From positions 576,001 to 640,000 of the forward strand of contig JBBCJC010000002.1 of the NCBI GenBank assembly GCA_037189525.1: a stretch of DNA of 64,000 bases. Direction: 5' to 3'. Below, one piece after another: positions 39,787 through 50,360 of this stretch. Position numbers and translations under genes: made by a program. This DNA comes from Gemmatimonadales bacterium (GTDB lineage: Bacteria > Gemmatimonadota > Gemmatimonadetes > Gemmatimonadales > GWC2-71-9). A model generated the notes under the pieces. It did no database searches and was not told where the DNA came from. It saw only the letters and a list, made by a program, of their open reading frames with translations. Position 1 is the first letter of the stretch. Every line of letters begins with the position of its first letter.

Positions 39787-40674
39787 TCAGTCGCGCGCCA
39801 GCATCATGATGAGCCGCGAGATCCGATAGGCCACGATACCGTCCGGCGCGCGGTAGCGAACCCGGACGCCGTTGACCCGCTCCATCCCCGGGACGAACAT
39901 CGCGGCATCGGCGTGGCTCGCGCTGGCCAGTTCGACCTCGAGAACGATCGGCGTGGTGAGCGATATCGGCCGGATGGTCGCGCGACGGCTCAGGCCCGCT
40001 TTGACGCCGTCCCCAATCCGCTGCCGTGCCGTGGCGGGACTCAAGGTCTTGGCGGCCATGAAGCCGAGCCCCTCTTTTACCGCGAGCGCTTCCACCCCAG
40101 GGAAGAACTCCCGCGCCACCTCCGCAAACGCCTGGTCGCCCGAGACAAAGACGACCGGAACGCGATGATGGCCGGCCACCATGCCGGCCGTGCCGTACTC
40201 GCCGACTTCGGTGCCGTTGATCAGAATGTGGCGGAGGGCATGGCTGTAGGTATGGCCCAGGACCGCGTTGGTTTGCGCGGCATGGCCATGGTAGCCGATG
40301 AAGATCACGGCGTCGAAGCTGCCGTCGAGCCCTTCGATCATGCCGAGTGGTTTGGATCGGCCGCTGATCAGCTGGGCGCGCGGATCGAGCTGATCGGCCC
40401 GAAGGTTGGTGTGGGACCCGTGGGCGTCGTTGACGACGACTTCCGTGGCCCCCGCCTCGAACGCGGCGACGATGGCGGCATTGACCTCGCCGAGCATCAG
40501 CGGGCGGGCCCATTCGTAGTCGGATCCGCCGGCTTGAGCGGCGGTCACGACGCCGGCAACACCCTCCATGTCGGCGCTGATGTACACCTTGAGCTTCGAT
40601 TGGGCCGACAATCCGGCCACCGAGAGATGGAGCACGGCCAGCAGGCCGACGAGGGTGCGAACGATACCCGTCAT
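39787..40674 (-). CDS. M55 family D-aminopeptidase (DppA-like) with signal peptide
   Basis: YISADMEGVAG, VNDAHG, GYH, LGHTYS, GEYG, SGDQ. Confidence 0.9.
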   Translation of the reverse strand: MTGIVRTLVGLLAVLHLSVAGLSAQSKLKVYISADMEGVAGVVTAAQAGGSDYEWARPLMLGEVNAAIVAAFEAGATEVVVNDAHGSHTNLRADQLDPRAQLISGRSKPLGMIEGLDGSFDAVIFIGYHGHAAQTNAVLGHTYSHALRHILINGTEVGEYGTAGMVAGHHRVPVVFVSGDQAFAEVAREFFPGVEALAVKEGLGFMAAKTLSPATARQRIGDGVKAGLSRRATIRPISLTTPIVLEVELASASHADAAMFVPGMERVNGVRVRYRAPDGIVAYRISRLIMMLARD

Positions 40675-40805
40675 GATTTGAGACTCGATCGAGAAGGAAG
40701 GACCGGAAAGTAGGGCGGGGCGCCGGGTGGTGCCAGACGCAGGGCTTGCCAATGGTGGCGCGGTGGCGGCATCATTGCTTCCCCCTCATTCCGCCGACCA
40801 GACCA

Positions 40806-42329
40806 ATGCGCCATCTCATTCCGCTCCTTGCCCTGCTCGGCGCCGCCTGCGCCGGCGCGACCGATACGCCATCCGGCACCACGATCACCAACGTGCAGAT
40901 CGTCGACGGAACCGGAGCCCCGAGCCGGTCCGGCGCGGTTCGCATCGTCGGCGATACCATCGTTGCCGTGGGTGACGTGAAGCCCGCGCGGGGCGATTCC
41001 GTCGTCGACGGCGGCGGGCTCACGCTGGCGCCGGGCTTCATCGATACGCACAGCCATCACGACGGCGGGCTCACCCGGACGCCCGAAGCGGTGGCCGCGG
41101 TCAGTCAGGGTATCACGACGATCATCGCCGGGCAGGACGGGGGACACCGCATCCCGCTGACCCGGAGCATCGATACGCTCACCAAGGCTCCGCCCAGCGT
41201 CAACGTCGCGTTCTACGCGGGGCACGGGTCGATTCGCGCCGCCGTCATGGGCGAGGACTTCAAGCGTCCCGCCACACCGGTCGAGCTCGATTCGATGACC
41301 GCGATCCTGACCCGCGAGCTGGAGGCCGGCGCCCTGGGGCTCTCTACCGGGCTCGAGTACGACCCCGGCATCAACTCGGCGCGCTCCGAGGTAATCGCGC
41401 TCGCCAAGGTCACGGCGGCCGCGGGTGGCCGCTATATCAGCCACATCCGCAGCGAGGACCGCTGGTTCTGGGACGCGATCGACGAGATCATCACGATCGG
41501 CCGCGAAGCGAAGCTGCCGGTGCAGGTAAGTCACGTGAAGCTGGCGATGGTGCCGCTCTGGGGCAAAGCCGACAGCCTGATCGGCATCCTGAACGCGGCG
41601 CGGGCCAGCGGCGTCGACATCACGGCCGACATCTATCCCTATCCGTACTGGCAGTCGACGCTGCAGGTGCTCTTCCCCGAGCGGAACTTCAACGACCGCC
41701 GCGAATCCGAGAAGGTGCTGCGGGAGATTGCGCCGGCCGAAGGTCTCCTGCTCGGCGATTTCGCGGCGAATCCGAGCTATGCGGGCAAGACGGTGGCGGA
41801 GATCGCCGTGCTGCGCAAGGAGCCGCCCGCCGTGACACTGCTCAACCTGATCAAGGAATCGATTGCGTGGGCCAAGGCTAACCCCGGGGGACGCGGTGGT
41901 GAGAGCGTGGTCGGCACCAGCATGTCGGAGCCGGATATTGCCAAGCTGATGGCCTGGGAGCATACCAATATCTGTTCGGACGGGTCGCTCTCGGGTGCGC
42001 ATCCGCGCGGGTTTGGCACCTATACCCGGGTGCTGGGCCGGTACGTGCGCGAACAGAAGGTGCTGACCCTCGAGGACGCGATCCGGAAGATGACCAGCCT
42101 GGCTGCGCAGCATGTCGGTCTGAGTCGTCGCGGGACCATTGCCGCGGGTCAGTTTGCCGATCTCGTCCTGTTCGATCCGGGCACCGTGATCGACAACGCC
42201 ACCCCGGCCGATCCGCACCAGGTGTCGACCGGGATCGAGCGGGTTTGGGTCAACGGACAGACCGTCTGGTCGGCAGGAGCGACAACTGCGCACCGACCGG
42301 GTCGGGTCCTGCTTCGCCAGGCCCAATGA
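40806..42329 (+). CDS. N-acyl-D-amino-acid deacylase family amidohydrolase, lipoprotein
   Basis: IVDGTG, PGFIDTHSH, GLSTGLEY, SHIRSE, ADIYPY, CSDG, HPRGFGTY, ADLVLFD; lipobox LGAAC. Confidence 0.9.
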   Translation: MRHLIPLLALLGAACAGATDTPSGTTITNVQIVDGTGAPSRSGAVRIVGDTIVAVGDVKPARGDSVVDGGGLTLAPGFIDTHSHHDGGLTRTPEAVAAVSQGITTIIAGQDGGHRIPLTRSIDTLTKAPPSVNVAFYAGHGSIRAAVMGEDFKRPATPVELDSMTAILTRELEAGALGLSTGLEYDPGINSARSEVIALAKVTAAAGGRYISHIRSEDRWFWDAIDEIITIGREAKLPVQVSHVKLAMVPLWGKADSLIGILNAARASGVDITADIYPYPYWQSTLQVLFPERNFNDRRESEKVLREIAPAEGLLLGDFAANPSYAGKTVAEIAVLRKEPPAVTLLNLIKESIAWAKANPGGRGGESVVGTSMSEPDIAKLMAWEHTNICSDGSLSGAHPRGFGTYTRVLGRYVREQKVLTLEDAIRKMTSLAAQHVGLSRRGTIAAGQFADLVLFDPGTVIDNATPADPHQVSTGIERVWVNGQTVWSAGATTAHRPGRVLLRQAQ

Positions 42330-43303
42330 ACCTCGTTGACCGGATCGGGGCTGCCGACGGCCGGATCCGTCCGCATGCGCGGGAAACGCCGCTGCTCTGG
42401 TCGCCCGCTCTGTCGGATCGGGCGGGCACCCGGATTTTCCTCAAGCTCGAGAACCTCCAGCACACCGGCTCGTTCAAGCTGCGCGGCGCACTCAACCGGA
42501 TGCTGACGCTGAGCGAGGGGGAGCGCGCCTGCGGCATCGTTACGGCGTCGACCGGGAACCACGGCGCCGCGTGCGCGTACGCCGGACAGATGAGCGGCGT
42601 CGCACCTACCGTCTTCGTGCCGACGGGTGCTGCGCCAAGCAAGGTGGCGCGGATCGAGCGTCTGGGCGGGCAGGTGCGGTATCATGGCGTCGATTCCGGC
42701 GAAACCGAGCGGGAAGCGCGCCGGCAGGCCGAAATCGGCGGGCAGTATTTCCTGTCGCCCTACAACGACGAAGAGGTCATGGCCGGCCAGGGCACCGTCG
42801 CTGCCGAGCTACTGCGCCAGCTGCCCGATATCGGTGCGGTCGTGGTTGCCGTCGGTGGCGGCGGATTGATCGGGGGTATTGCGACCCTGCTCAAGGAAAC
42901 CCGGCCCGGTACGTTCGTGATCGGCGCCTCGCCGCGCAACTCGGCCGTCATGGTGGCGTCGGTGGATGCGGGACGGATCCTGGATTTACCGTCCGAGCCG
43001 ACCCTGTCGGATGGGACGGCCGGGGGAGTCGAGGCCGATACGGTCACGTTCGAGCCGTGCCGCCGGTATGTCGATCGTTATGACCTGGTGCAGGAGGACG
43101 AAATCCGCGATGCCATGCGGCTCGTCTATGAGGCGGAAGGGCTGATCGTCGAAGGAGCCGCCGGAGTGGCCGTTGCGTCCGCGTTGCGCCTGGCTCCGGA
43201 GCTGGCGGGGCGGGACGTGGTGGTCGTCGTCTGTGGTGGCAATATCGGGCGGGGCGTATGGAGCGAAGCGCTGGAGACGGGAACCACGCCGTCTCCAGCC
43301 TGA
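42326..43303 (+). CDS. PLP-dependent threonine/serine dehydratase family (second paralog)
   Basis: ENLQHTGSFKLRG, ASTGNHG, VGGGGLIGG, CGGN; ATGA overlap with the deacylase. Confidence 0.9.
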   Translation: MNLVDRIGAADGRIRPHARETPLLWSPALSDRAGTRIFLKLENLQHTGSFKLRGALNRMLTLSEGERACGIVTASTGNHGAACAYAGQMSGVAPTVFVPTGAAPSKVARIERLGGQVRYHGVDSGETEREARRQAEIGGQYFLSPYNDEEVMAGQGTVAAELLRQLPDIGAVVVAVGGGGLIGGIATLLKETRPGTFVIGASPRNSAVMVASVDAGRILDLPSEPTLSDGTAGGVEADTVTFEPCRRYVDRYDLVQEDEIRDAMRLVYEAEGLIVEGAAGVAVASALRLAPELAGRDVVVVVCGGNIGRGVWSEALETGTTPSPA

Positions 43304-43310
43304 TGCGTGG

Positions 43311-43664
43311 CTATCGTGGTGGAATGCGCAGCGTGACCTCGTCGCCGGGCGATACGGTTATTTCATCCGAGACCGGCGTCCGGTCGCTTCCTACCGGATC
43401 GGCAAGAAAACGCAGCGGCGTCAACGACTTCACCAGGTATGCTGGCAGCCGGAACCGGGTCTGGGTATTGCCGTTGGCCAGGCCGAGTCGAATCCGTCGC
43501 CCGCCTTCCAGGACGAAGATCGTCATGTCGGAAAAGCCCTGGTTGTCGACCACGACGGTCGTGGGTGCATTCGGGTCGAGATCCGTCACCGGGCGGTTGC
43601 GATTGCAGCCGAGCAGGACCGAGGTAGCGAGAGCCAGCAGGCCGAGCGTGATGGTGCGTGTCAT
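43311..43664 (-). CDS. small hypothetical lipoprotein
   Basis: Lipobox LLGC; TAAGGAGG RBS; beta-rich body. Confidence 0.75.
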   Translation of the reverse strand: MTRTITLGLLALATSVLLGCNRNRPVTDLDPNAPTTVVVDNQGFSDMTIFVLEGGRRIRLGLANGNTQTRFRLPAYLVKSLTPLRFLADPVGSDRTPVSDEITVSPGDEVTLRIPPR

Positions 43665-43769
43665 ATCCGTCCTCCTTAACAGTGGTCCGGTTGAGCCATG
43701 TCCCCCGTCCCCGTTTGGTGACACCAGATGGTCATTCTACCCTGATCGAGATTCTACCAGAAACGTCGC

Positions 43770-44762
43770 ATGACCGATTTACCGCCAACCCTGCCGGCCA
43801 TCGATGCCGCCGCTGCCCGCCTGGCCCCGTTCGTTCGCGAAACCCCGATCTGGGAGTGGCGCGACGACCTGGTGCAGGGCCCGAGATCCGTGGTCCTCAA
43901 ACTCGAGCTCTTTCAGTACTCGGGCTCCTTCAAGGTCCGCGGCGCCCTGATGAATATGCTCGCGCTGTCTCCCGACCAGGTCAAGCGCGGCGTCACGGCC
44001 GTCAGCGCCGGCAACCATGCCGCTGCCGTATCCTACGCAGCGCGGACCTTGGGGACATCGGCCAAAGTGGTGATGCCCAAGACCGCCAGCCCCGCCCGGG
44101 TTGCGTTGAGTCAGCGGCTGGGCGCCGAAGTTGTGTTGGCGGAGGATGTCGCCGAGGCGTTCGCGCGGGTCAAAGCCATCGAAGCAAGCGAAGGGCGCGC
44201 CTTCATTCATCCGTTCGAAGGGCTGGGCACGGCAACCGGCACGGCGACCCTGGGGCTCGAACTGTGTCGCCAGGTCGATGATCTGGATGCCGTCATCGTC
44301 CCGGTTGGCGGGGGCGGATTGATTGCCGGGATTGCGGCCGCCGTCAAACAGTTCAAACCGGGGTGTCTCGTCTTCGGTGTTGAGCCCGAAGGGAACGATG
44401 TCATCAAGCGGAGTCTCGGGTCGGGTCAGCCGGAGCAGGCCAGCAGTCCCAAGACGATTGCGGACAGCCTGAGTCCGCCGTTTGCGATGCCGTACAGCCT
44501 GGGGTTGATTCGCCGCTTCGTCGACGACATCGTGCTGATCAGCGATGAGGCGCTGACCGAAGCGATGTACCTGCTGTTCGATCGGCAGAAGCTGGCGGTC
44601 GAGCCGGCCGGCGCCGCGACCACCGCGGCGCTGCTTGGTCCGCTGGCGGCGCAGTTGCGTGGCTTGCGGGTCGGTCTGATCGTGTGCGGCGCCAACATCG
44701 ACCCGGCCCGATTCGGCGACTATCTGGCCCGCGGTGAGGCCCGGTGGAAGGCGCGCGCGTGA
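43770..44762 (+). CDS. PLP-dependent threonine/serine dehydratase family (third paralog)
   Basis: ELFQYSGSFKVRG, VSAGNHA, VGGGGLIAG, CGAN. Confidence 0.9.
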   Translation: MTDLPPTLPAIDAAAARLAPFVRETPIWEWRDDLVQGPRSVVLKLELFQYSGSFKVRGALMNMLALSPDQVKRGVTAVSAGNHAAAVSYAARTLGTSAKVVMPKTASPARVALSQRLGAEVVLAEDVAEAFARVKAIEASEGRAFIHPFEGLGTATGTATLGLELCRQVDDLDAVIVPVGGGGLIAGIAAAVKQFKPGCLVFGVEPEGNDVIKRSLGSGQPEQASSPKTIADSLSPPFAMPYSLGLIRRFVDDIVLISDEALTEAMYLLFDRQKLAVEPAGAATTAALLGPLAAQLRGLRVGLIVCGANIDPARFGDYLARGEARWKARA

Positions 44763-44802
44763 GCGCTTTCGGCGTCGGCCGCAACGGGGCGGGAGGGTCA
44801 CC

Positions 44803-44976
44803 ATGATTGCGATGGTGCTCTATGCCATCATCCTGGGCGGCCTGTCGGTCCTCTTCCTGGGGGCGATCAGCGCGCTCCGGGACGCGGTACGCCAGCGGGC
44901 TCGCCTGCGCGGGTTTCTGGCGGCAATCGGTGTCGCCGTGTTGTCCCTGGCCGGCATCTTTGCCATGTTAGTCTGA
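44803..44976 (+). CDS. small two-TM membrane protein
   Basis: 57 aa with two hydrophobic helices; GGAGG RBS; TGATG overlap with the next gene. Confidence 0.6.
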   Translation: MIAMVLYAIILGGLSVLFLGAISALRDAVRQRARLRGFLAAIGVAVLSLAGIFAMLV

Positions 44977-45734
44977 TGTCCTCGCCGCGTCCGTTCCAGG
45001 ACCATTTCTCGGCCGGTTCGTCCGGCTATGCAGCGTTCCGGCCGCGCTATCCGGAGGCATTGTTTCGTTGGATCGCCGATCAGTCTCCTGCGCGCGACCT
45101 GGCGTGGGATTGCGCTACCGGCAGCGGGCAGGCTGCGGTGGGTCTGGCGCCCCTGTTCCGGCGCGTGATCGCAACCGATGCGAGTGATGCCCAGCTGGCG
45201 CAAGCGGAGGGTCGCTCCAATCTCGAATATCGCCAGGCATCGGCCGAGGTGTCGGGCTTATCCGATCGATCGGTCGATGCCGTGACGGTAGCGCAGGCGC
45301 TCCACTGGTTCGATCGTCCGGCCTTCTTTGCCGAAGTGGCGCGGGTTGCCAAACCGGGTGCGTTGCTGGCGGTGTGGACCTACAACCTGGTGCGCGGTGA
45401 CGCAGCACTCGACCGCGTCATCGATCGGCTCTACAGCGATGTTCTTGGCAGCTATTGGCCCGCCGATCGCGCGCTGGTGGAAACCGGATATCGCGACATC
45501 GAGATCCCGTTTGCCGAGCTGGCGACACCGTCATTCGAGATGACCGCGGACTGGGCGCTCGCGCAGTTGGTGGGGTACTTGCGGACCTGGTCGTCGGCCA
45601 TCCGGTATCAGGCACAGCATGGCGCCGATCCGGTGCAGGCGGTGGCCGATGAGCTGCAGGCCGCCTGGGGCGATCCATCCCGGGTTCGCCAACTCGGCTG
45701 GCCGCTGGCCGTGCGGGCGGCGCACGTCGGTTAG
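44976..45734 (+). CDS. class I SAM-dependent methyltransferase
   Basis: YAAFRPRYP, WDCATGSGQ, VAQALHWFD, YLRTWS. Confidence 0.9.
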   Translation: MSSPRPFQDHFSAGSSGYAAFRPRYPEALFRWIADQSPARDLAWDCATGSGQAAVGLAPLFRRVIATDASDAQLAQAEGRSNLEYRQASAEVSGLSDRSVDAVTVAQALHWFDRPAFFAEVARVAKPGALLAVWTYNLVRGDAALDRVIDRLYSDVLGSYWPADRALVETGYRDIEIPFAELATPSFEMTADWALAQLVGYLRTWSSAIRYQAQHGADPVQAVADELQAAWGDPSRVRQLGWPLAVRAAHVG

Positions 45735-45809
45735 ATCGGAAACACCATCCGCGGCTCGCGCGTAGATTGAAGAGGCGCGCGCCCCGAATCGTACTCAGGA
45801 GACCATACC

Positions 45810-47168
45810 ATGCTTGCCCTTTTGACCGTTCTCGCGACGGCCGTCGGCGGCGGGAACGACCCGTCCTCGCAGCAGCCGACCTACGCCATCGTCAACGTCT
45901 CGGTGATTCCCATGGACCGGGAACGAGTCCTGACTGAGCAGACCGTGGTGGTGCGGGGCGACAAGATCGTTGCCATGGGTCCGGCGCGGTCGACGCAGGT
46001 GCCGGCCGGTGCGGTCCGCATCGAGGGCAAAGGCAAATATCTGATTCCGGGGTTGGCTGAAATGCATGGCCACACTCCCCCGGGCCAGGCCTTTTCCGAT
46101 TCGACCATGGAGCGGATTCTCGCGCTCTTTGCGTTGAACGGCGTGACCACGGTGCGCGGCATGCTGGGCGATCCGCGCCACCTGCCCTATCGCGACAAGG
46201 CGGCGCGCGGCGAGATCCTCAGTCCGACCATCTATTTGTCGGGGCCGTCGCTCAACGGCAACTCGGTCAAGACCGGCCGCGATGCGATCGATTCCGTCAC
46301 CAAGTACGCTCAGGCGGGATACGATCTGCTCAAGATCCATCCGGGCATCAAGCGTGGGGTGTTCGATACCCTCGCGGCGACCGCCAAGGCAGTGGGGATT
46401 CGCTTTGCCGGCCATGTGCCGCTCGATGTGGGGATCGAGCGAGCCATCGAGGCCGGGTATTGGACGGTCGACCACTTCGACGGATACATCGAAAATCTGG
46501 CGTCGCCGTCCGCAACGCTGACTCCGCAGGAAGTCGGATTCTTCGGGCTGGGCCTGATGGACCGGGTCGACGAGAGCCGTCTTGCACAGCTTGCGGCAAA
46601 GACCAAAGCCCAGGGCGTCTGGATGGTGCCGACCGAAACGCTGATGCGGTATGTCACCGGCGGCTACACCATCGACGAGCTGCGGAGCTGGCCGGAGATG
46701 AAGTACTGGTCCAAGGCGGGGCTCGATGCCTGGGCCAGGCAGACGGCTTCATTTAAAGGTGCGAATGAGCCGCCCAAGGCCGTCCGGGACCGGTACATCG
46801 CGCTTCGGCGGAAGATCATTACGACCTTCCACAAGGCCGGCGTCGGTTTTCTGCTGGGGTCGGACGCGCCGCAGATCTGGAACGTGCCCGGTTTCTCGAT
46901 TTTCCGGGAGCTCGAGTATCTCGTCGATGCAGGGCTGACGCCCTATCAGGCCCTGGAGAGCGGCACCCGCAACGTGGCGGTGCATTTCGGCACGGAAGCA
47001 GAGCGGGGTACCGTGGCAACCGGCAAGCGTGCCGATCTGATTTTGCTCGATGGCAACCCGCTTACCGCCATCAGCAACGTGCGGAAGCAGGCCGGCGTGA
47101 TGGTCGGTGGCCGCTGGCTGCCGGCCTCAGAGATTGCGCAGCGACTGACGCAGTTGGAAGCCAAGTAG
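45810..47168 (+). CDS. metal-dependent amidohydrolase, secreted
   Basis: PGLAEMHGH, GVTTVR, LLKI, AGH, DH, GSDAP, GKRADLILL. Confidence 0.88.
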   Translation: MLALLTVLATAVGGGNDPSSQQPTYAIVNVSVIPMDRERVLTEQTVVVRGDKIVAMGPARSTQVPAGAVRIEGKGKYLIPGLAEMHGHTPPGQAFSDSTMERILALFALNGVTTVRGMLGDPRHLPYRDKAARGEILSPTIYLSGPSLNGNSVKTGRDAIDSVTKYAQAGYDLLKIHPGIKRGVFDTLAATAKAVGIRFAGHVPLDVGIERAIEAGYWTVDHFDGYIENLASPSATLTPQEVGFFGLGLMDRVDESRLAQLAAKTKAQGVWMVPTETLMRYVTGGYTIDELRSWPEMKYWSKAGLDAWARQTASFKGANEPPKAVRDRYIALRRKIITTFHKAGVGFLLGSDAPQIWNVPGFSIFRELEYLVDAGLTPYQALESGTRNVAVHFGTEAERGTVATGKRADLILLDGNPLTAISNVRKQAGVMVGGRWLPASEIAQRLTQLEAK

Positions 47169-47253
47169 CCGTCGATGTTCAAGTCGGGCATACGGCACGG
47201 CGTGGGCGTGCGGGGTTTCTGACGACGAGACGGGAGCCTGCTCCAGCGCGGAA

Positions 47254-48375
47254 ATGACGAGTACGATGTGGGTTGAGTTGTTTCTGACTGCGATGGGCGT
47301 GCTGACCGTGACGCTCAGCGTTCTTCTGGCGACGGCCTTGCTGGTTGGTCGGCCGGGAGCCCCGCGAGCGGATCGATTCCTGGCCGGCTTCCTGCTGCTG
47401 TCGGCGGTGGATCTGGCGGGCTGGACGGCCGCGCTGATGCCGACGGCAGTCCAGTCCCTTCTCGTCTTTCGTCTGCCGGTCGGTTTTCTGCAGATGCCCT
47501 GGCTTCTGGCCTATGTGTTGACGCTCAGCGAACCGAAGACGGATTGCCGTCCTCACCTGTGGGCGGGCGGGGCGCTCGCCGCCGTGTCGCTGCTGAGCCT
47601 GACGCCACGGGCCCTGAGCATGGCTGGTGTCGATTTCCTGTCCCGGCAGGTTTCGATCGACGCCGATCTGTTAGGCAACGAGGCCGTGCTTCACCTCCAG
47701 TTCTATGTCTATGCTTTCCTGATCGGCGCGAGGGTATTCTCACGCAGCGAACCGATCCCGGATCAGCGGATGCGGCGCTGGTTGAAGACGCTGCTGGCAG
47801 TCTCGCTGTCGGCCCACACCCTGGTTCTGGCGAAGAGCGTGGCCGCGGCGGCGGGAGCGGCGCGATCATACGCCGCGCTGAATCTGGCCGTCAGCGTGAA
47901 TGCGGCGGCGGTGCTGGCCGCTCTCCTGCTGCTGGTTCTCCTGAAGGGCGGCGTCGTGGCGCCCACCACGACCGCTCGGCGGCATCGTGCCTCCAACCTT
48001 GCCGACGAGGCCGAGATGGCTCGCCTTCGTGAGGTCATGTCGCGCACTCAGCCCTATCTGGATCCCCAACTCAGCCTTCGGAGCCTGGCGCGTCGAGTCG
48101 GTCTGCCCGGCCGCGAAGTGTCGCGCTTGATCAATATCTGCGGAGGCACCCACTTCTTCGACTTCGTCAATCAGTACCGGACGGGCAGGGCCGCCGAACT
48201 GCTGGCCGATCCAAGCTGGGCCGGCCGCTCCATCCTGGAGATCGCCTATGAAGTGGGCTTCAATTCCAAGTCCTCCTTCAACGCCGCGTTCCGCAAGCAT
48301 CAGGGGGTGACGCCGTCGTCGATTCGCCGCGACCCGGCGGATGACGACGCCCTCGCGACGACCGACTTCGCGTAG
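47254..48375 (+). CDS. membrane-anchored AraC-family transcriptional regulator
   Basis: N-terminal TM helices; C-terminal YLDPQLSL, FFDFVNQYR, IAYEVGFNSKSSFNAAFRK..G.TPS. Confidence 0.9.
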   Translation: MTSTMWVELFLTAMGVLTVTLSVLLATALLVGRPGAPRADRFLAGFLLLSAVDLAGWTAALMPTAVQSLLVFRLPVGFLQMPWLLAYVLTLSEPKTDCRPHLWAGGALAAVSLLSLTPRALSMAGVDFLSRQVSIDADLLGNEAVLHLQFYVYAFLIGARVFSRSEPIPDQRMRRWLKTLLAVSLSAHTLVLAKSVAAAAGAARSYAALNLAVSVNAAAVLAALLLLVLLKGGVVAPTTTARRHRASNLADEAEMARLREVMSRTQPYLDPQLSLRSLARRVGLPGREVSRLINICGGTHFFDFVNQYRTGRAAELLADPSWAGRSILEIAYEVGFNSKSSFNAAFRKHQGVTPSSIRRDPADDDALATTDFA

Positions 48376-48417
48376 TCGGTCGAGACGGGGCGAGGTCCGG
48401 TGTAGCCGTTGGGCATC

Positions 48418-50130
48418 ATGAACCGCCGGATGTCATCCATGCGCTTGCTGCTGCTTTCCGCCGCTCTTGGCCTGTCCCTCTCCCTCACGCTTGCGCCCGC
48501 CGCCGCGCAGGTTTCGCCGCAGGACGACCGGGCCGCCGCTGTTTCGAAATTGCTTCACTCGGTGGCCGGACCAGACCACCCCGGACTGGCGGTGGCGGTG
48601 CTGATGGACGGGGGCGTGGCGGTCCGCGCCGTCGCGGGCCTGGCCGACCTCGAACAGGCCACCGCCATCACTGACACGACGGTGTTCCACGCCGCGTCGC
48701 TGTCCAAGCAGTTCACCGCCTTCGCGGTGCTTCTGTTGGAGCGAGACGGCAAGCTGTCCATCGACGATCCGGTTTCAACCTATCTGCCGGACACGGGGCG
48801 ATGGCCGCCGATCACCCTGCGCCGCCTGATGGACCACACCAACGGCCTGCGCGATCTCGGGGTACTGCTGGCCATGGCGGGCTGGCGGTCCGAGGACCTG
48901 ATCACGGACCAGCAGGCGCTGGACATGGTCATGGCTCAGAACGGCCTGAACTTCCAACCGGGCGCCGCCTTCCAGTACAACAATTCCGGCTATGTTCTGC
49001 TGGCCGAAGTCGTGCGTCGCGTTTCGGGCCAGAGCCTGGCCGCCTTCTGTCAGGAGCGGATATTTGGGCCGCTGGGGATGACGCGCACGCGTTTTCAGGA
49101 CGACGTAGCCATGATCGAGGCCGGGCGCGCCCAGTCCTACGCTCCGATCCGCGGCGGATTTTCGCGCCAGGTCCTGAACTACGCCTATATCGGGCCGACG
49201 GGGCTGCAGACCACGGCTGAGGATCTGCTGCGCTGGGCGGCCAACTTCGAGAGCGGCAACGTGGGTGGCCCGGCGGTGTTCCGGCGGATGGAAGCCGTGG
49301 GTCGGCTGAACGACGGGACCGAGAGCTTCTATCCTTATGCGCTCGCTCAGGAGCGCCATGTGCGAAACGGTCGGTTGGTGTGGAGCCACGGCGGCCGGGA
49401 CGCCGGCTTCCGCAGCTTCCTGTTGCGGGCGCCTGGCGAACGTCTGGCCGTGTCGGTGCTGTCCAACCGGAGCGATGTCGATGCCTCCGCCCTGGCTTAT
49501 CGCATCGCGGACATCTATCTGCCGCCGTCCACGTCCCCGACAGAACCCGCGCAAATTCCCACGCCGGGCGACCTCGTCGCCTATGCCGGCGATTATGAAT
49601 TATTTCCCGGCCTGATCTTACATTTCTCCACGGACGGAGACCGGCTTTTCGTCTCCGTGGGCGGGCAGGAACGGGCCGCCCTGCCGCCTTTGTCGGGGCG
49701 GCGATTCGAGCTGGACGCGCGAGCCGCCATATCGGTGGTGTTCGATCCGCCGTCGGCCGGAAAAAGCCCGGGCCTCAAGTATGTGCTGGGGCTCAATGGT
49801 GCCCTGTCGGCGGCGCGTGTCGATCTGGCGCCCTTCTCCCCCGAAACGGTGCGGCCTGAGGACTATGTGGGGCGATATCACAGTGAAGAGCTGAGCACGG
49901 ACTATGTCTTCGAAATCGACGAAGGCGAGTTGGTCGCGCGCCATCCCCGCCGGCCGCCGATCCGGATGCGCGCCTATCAGCCGGACACCTTTTCCGGAGG
50001 GGGCGGGCCTCTTTCGCGCGTGCGGTTCCAGAGGGACGGAGGAGGCCGCGTGACGGGTTTCGAACTCTCTGGACCCGTGGCCGAAGGGGTCGCCTTCACG
50101 CGGGTGAGCGACATCCCCCGCCGGGATTGA
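48418..50130 (+). CDS. serine hydrolase, beta-lactamase/D-aminopeptidase-like, secreted
   Basis: ASLSKQF (SxxK), YNN, HGG; two C-terminal beta-domain repeats; start uncertain. Confidence 0.88.
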   Translation: MNRRMSSMRLLLLSAALGLSLSLTLAPAAAQVSPQDDRAAAVSKLLHSVAGPDHPGLAVAVLMDGGVAVRAVAGLADLEQATAITDTTVFHAASLSKQFTAFAVLLLERDGKLSIDDPVSTYLPDTGRWPPITLRRLMDHTNGLRDLGVLLAMAGWRSEDLITDQQALDMVMAQNGLNFQPGAAFQYNNSGYVLLAEVVRRVSGQSLAAFCQERIFGPLGMTRTRFQDDVAMIEAGRAQSYAPIRGGFSRQVLNYAYIGPTGLQTTAEDLLRWAANFESGNVGGPAVFRRMEAVGRLNDGTESFYPYALAQERHVRNGRLVWSHGGRDAGFRSFLLRAPGERLAVSVLSNRSDVDASALAYRIADIYLPPSTSPTEPAQIPTPGDLVAYAGDYELFPGLILHFSTDGDRLFVSVGGQERAALPPLSGRRFELDARAAISVVFDPPSAGKSPGLKYVLGLNGALSAARVDLAPFSPETVRPEDYVGRYHSEELSTDYVFEIDEGELVARHPRRPPIRMRAYQPDTFSGGGGPLSRVRFQRDGGGRVTGFELSGPVAEGVAFTRVSDIPRRD

Positions 50131-50161
50131 GCGCGTCGCGGGCCTGGCCCGCGCCGCGCGC
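50131..50161 (+). terminator. GC hairpin after the serine hydrolase
   Basis: GCGCG-TCGCGGG...CCCGCG-CCGCGC imperfect stem; no U tract. Confidence 0.3.
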
Positions 50162-50225
50162 CGACTCGAGTGAAGACAGCCTTGGCCTCAACGCCCGGCC
50201 GTTGGACGGGGTAAGCAACCATAAG

Positions 50226-50360
50226 ATGAGTGTCGAGTTCTCACTTCGTTGCGCTGCCCTCCTGTTCGATCTCGACGGCGTTCTCGTCGATTCGGCCGCA
50301 TGCATCGAGCGCATCTGGTATCGGTGGTCTGTCGATCATGGACTCGATCTTGCCGCCTTA
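50226..50360 (+). pseudogene. 5' fragment of a HAD-family sugar phosphatase
   Basis: MSVEFSLRCAALLFDLDGVLVDS...IERIWYRW...HGLD (DxD motif I); similarity is lost after ~45 codons. Confidence 0.75.
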
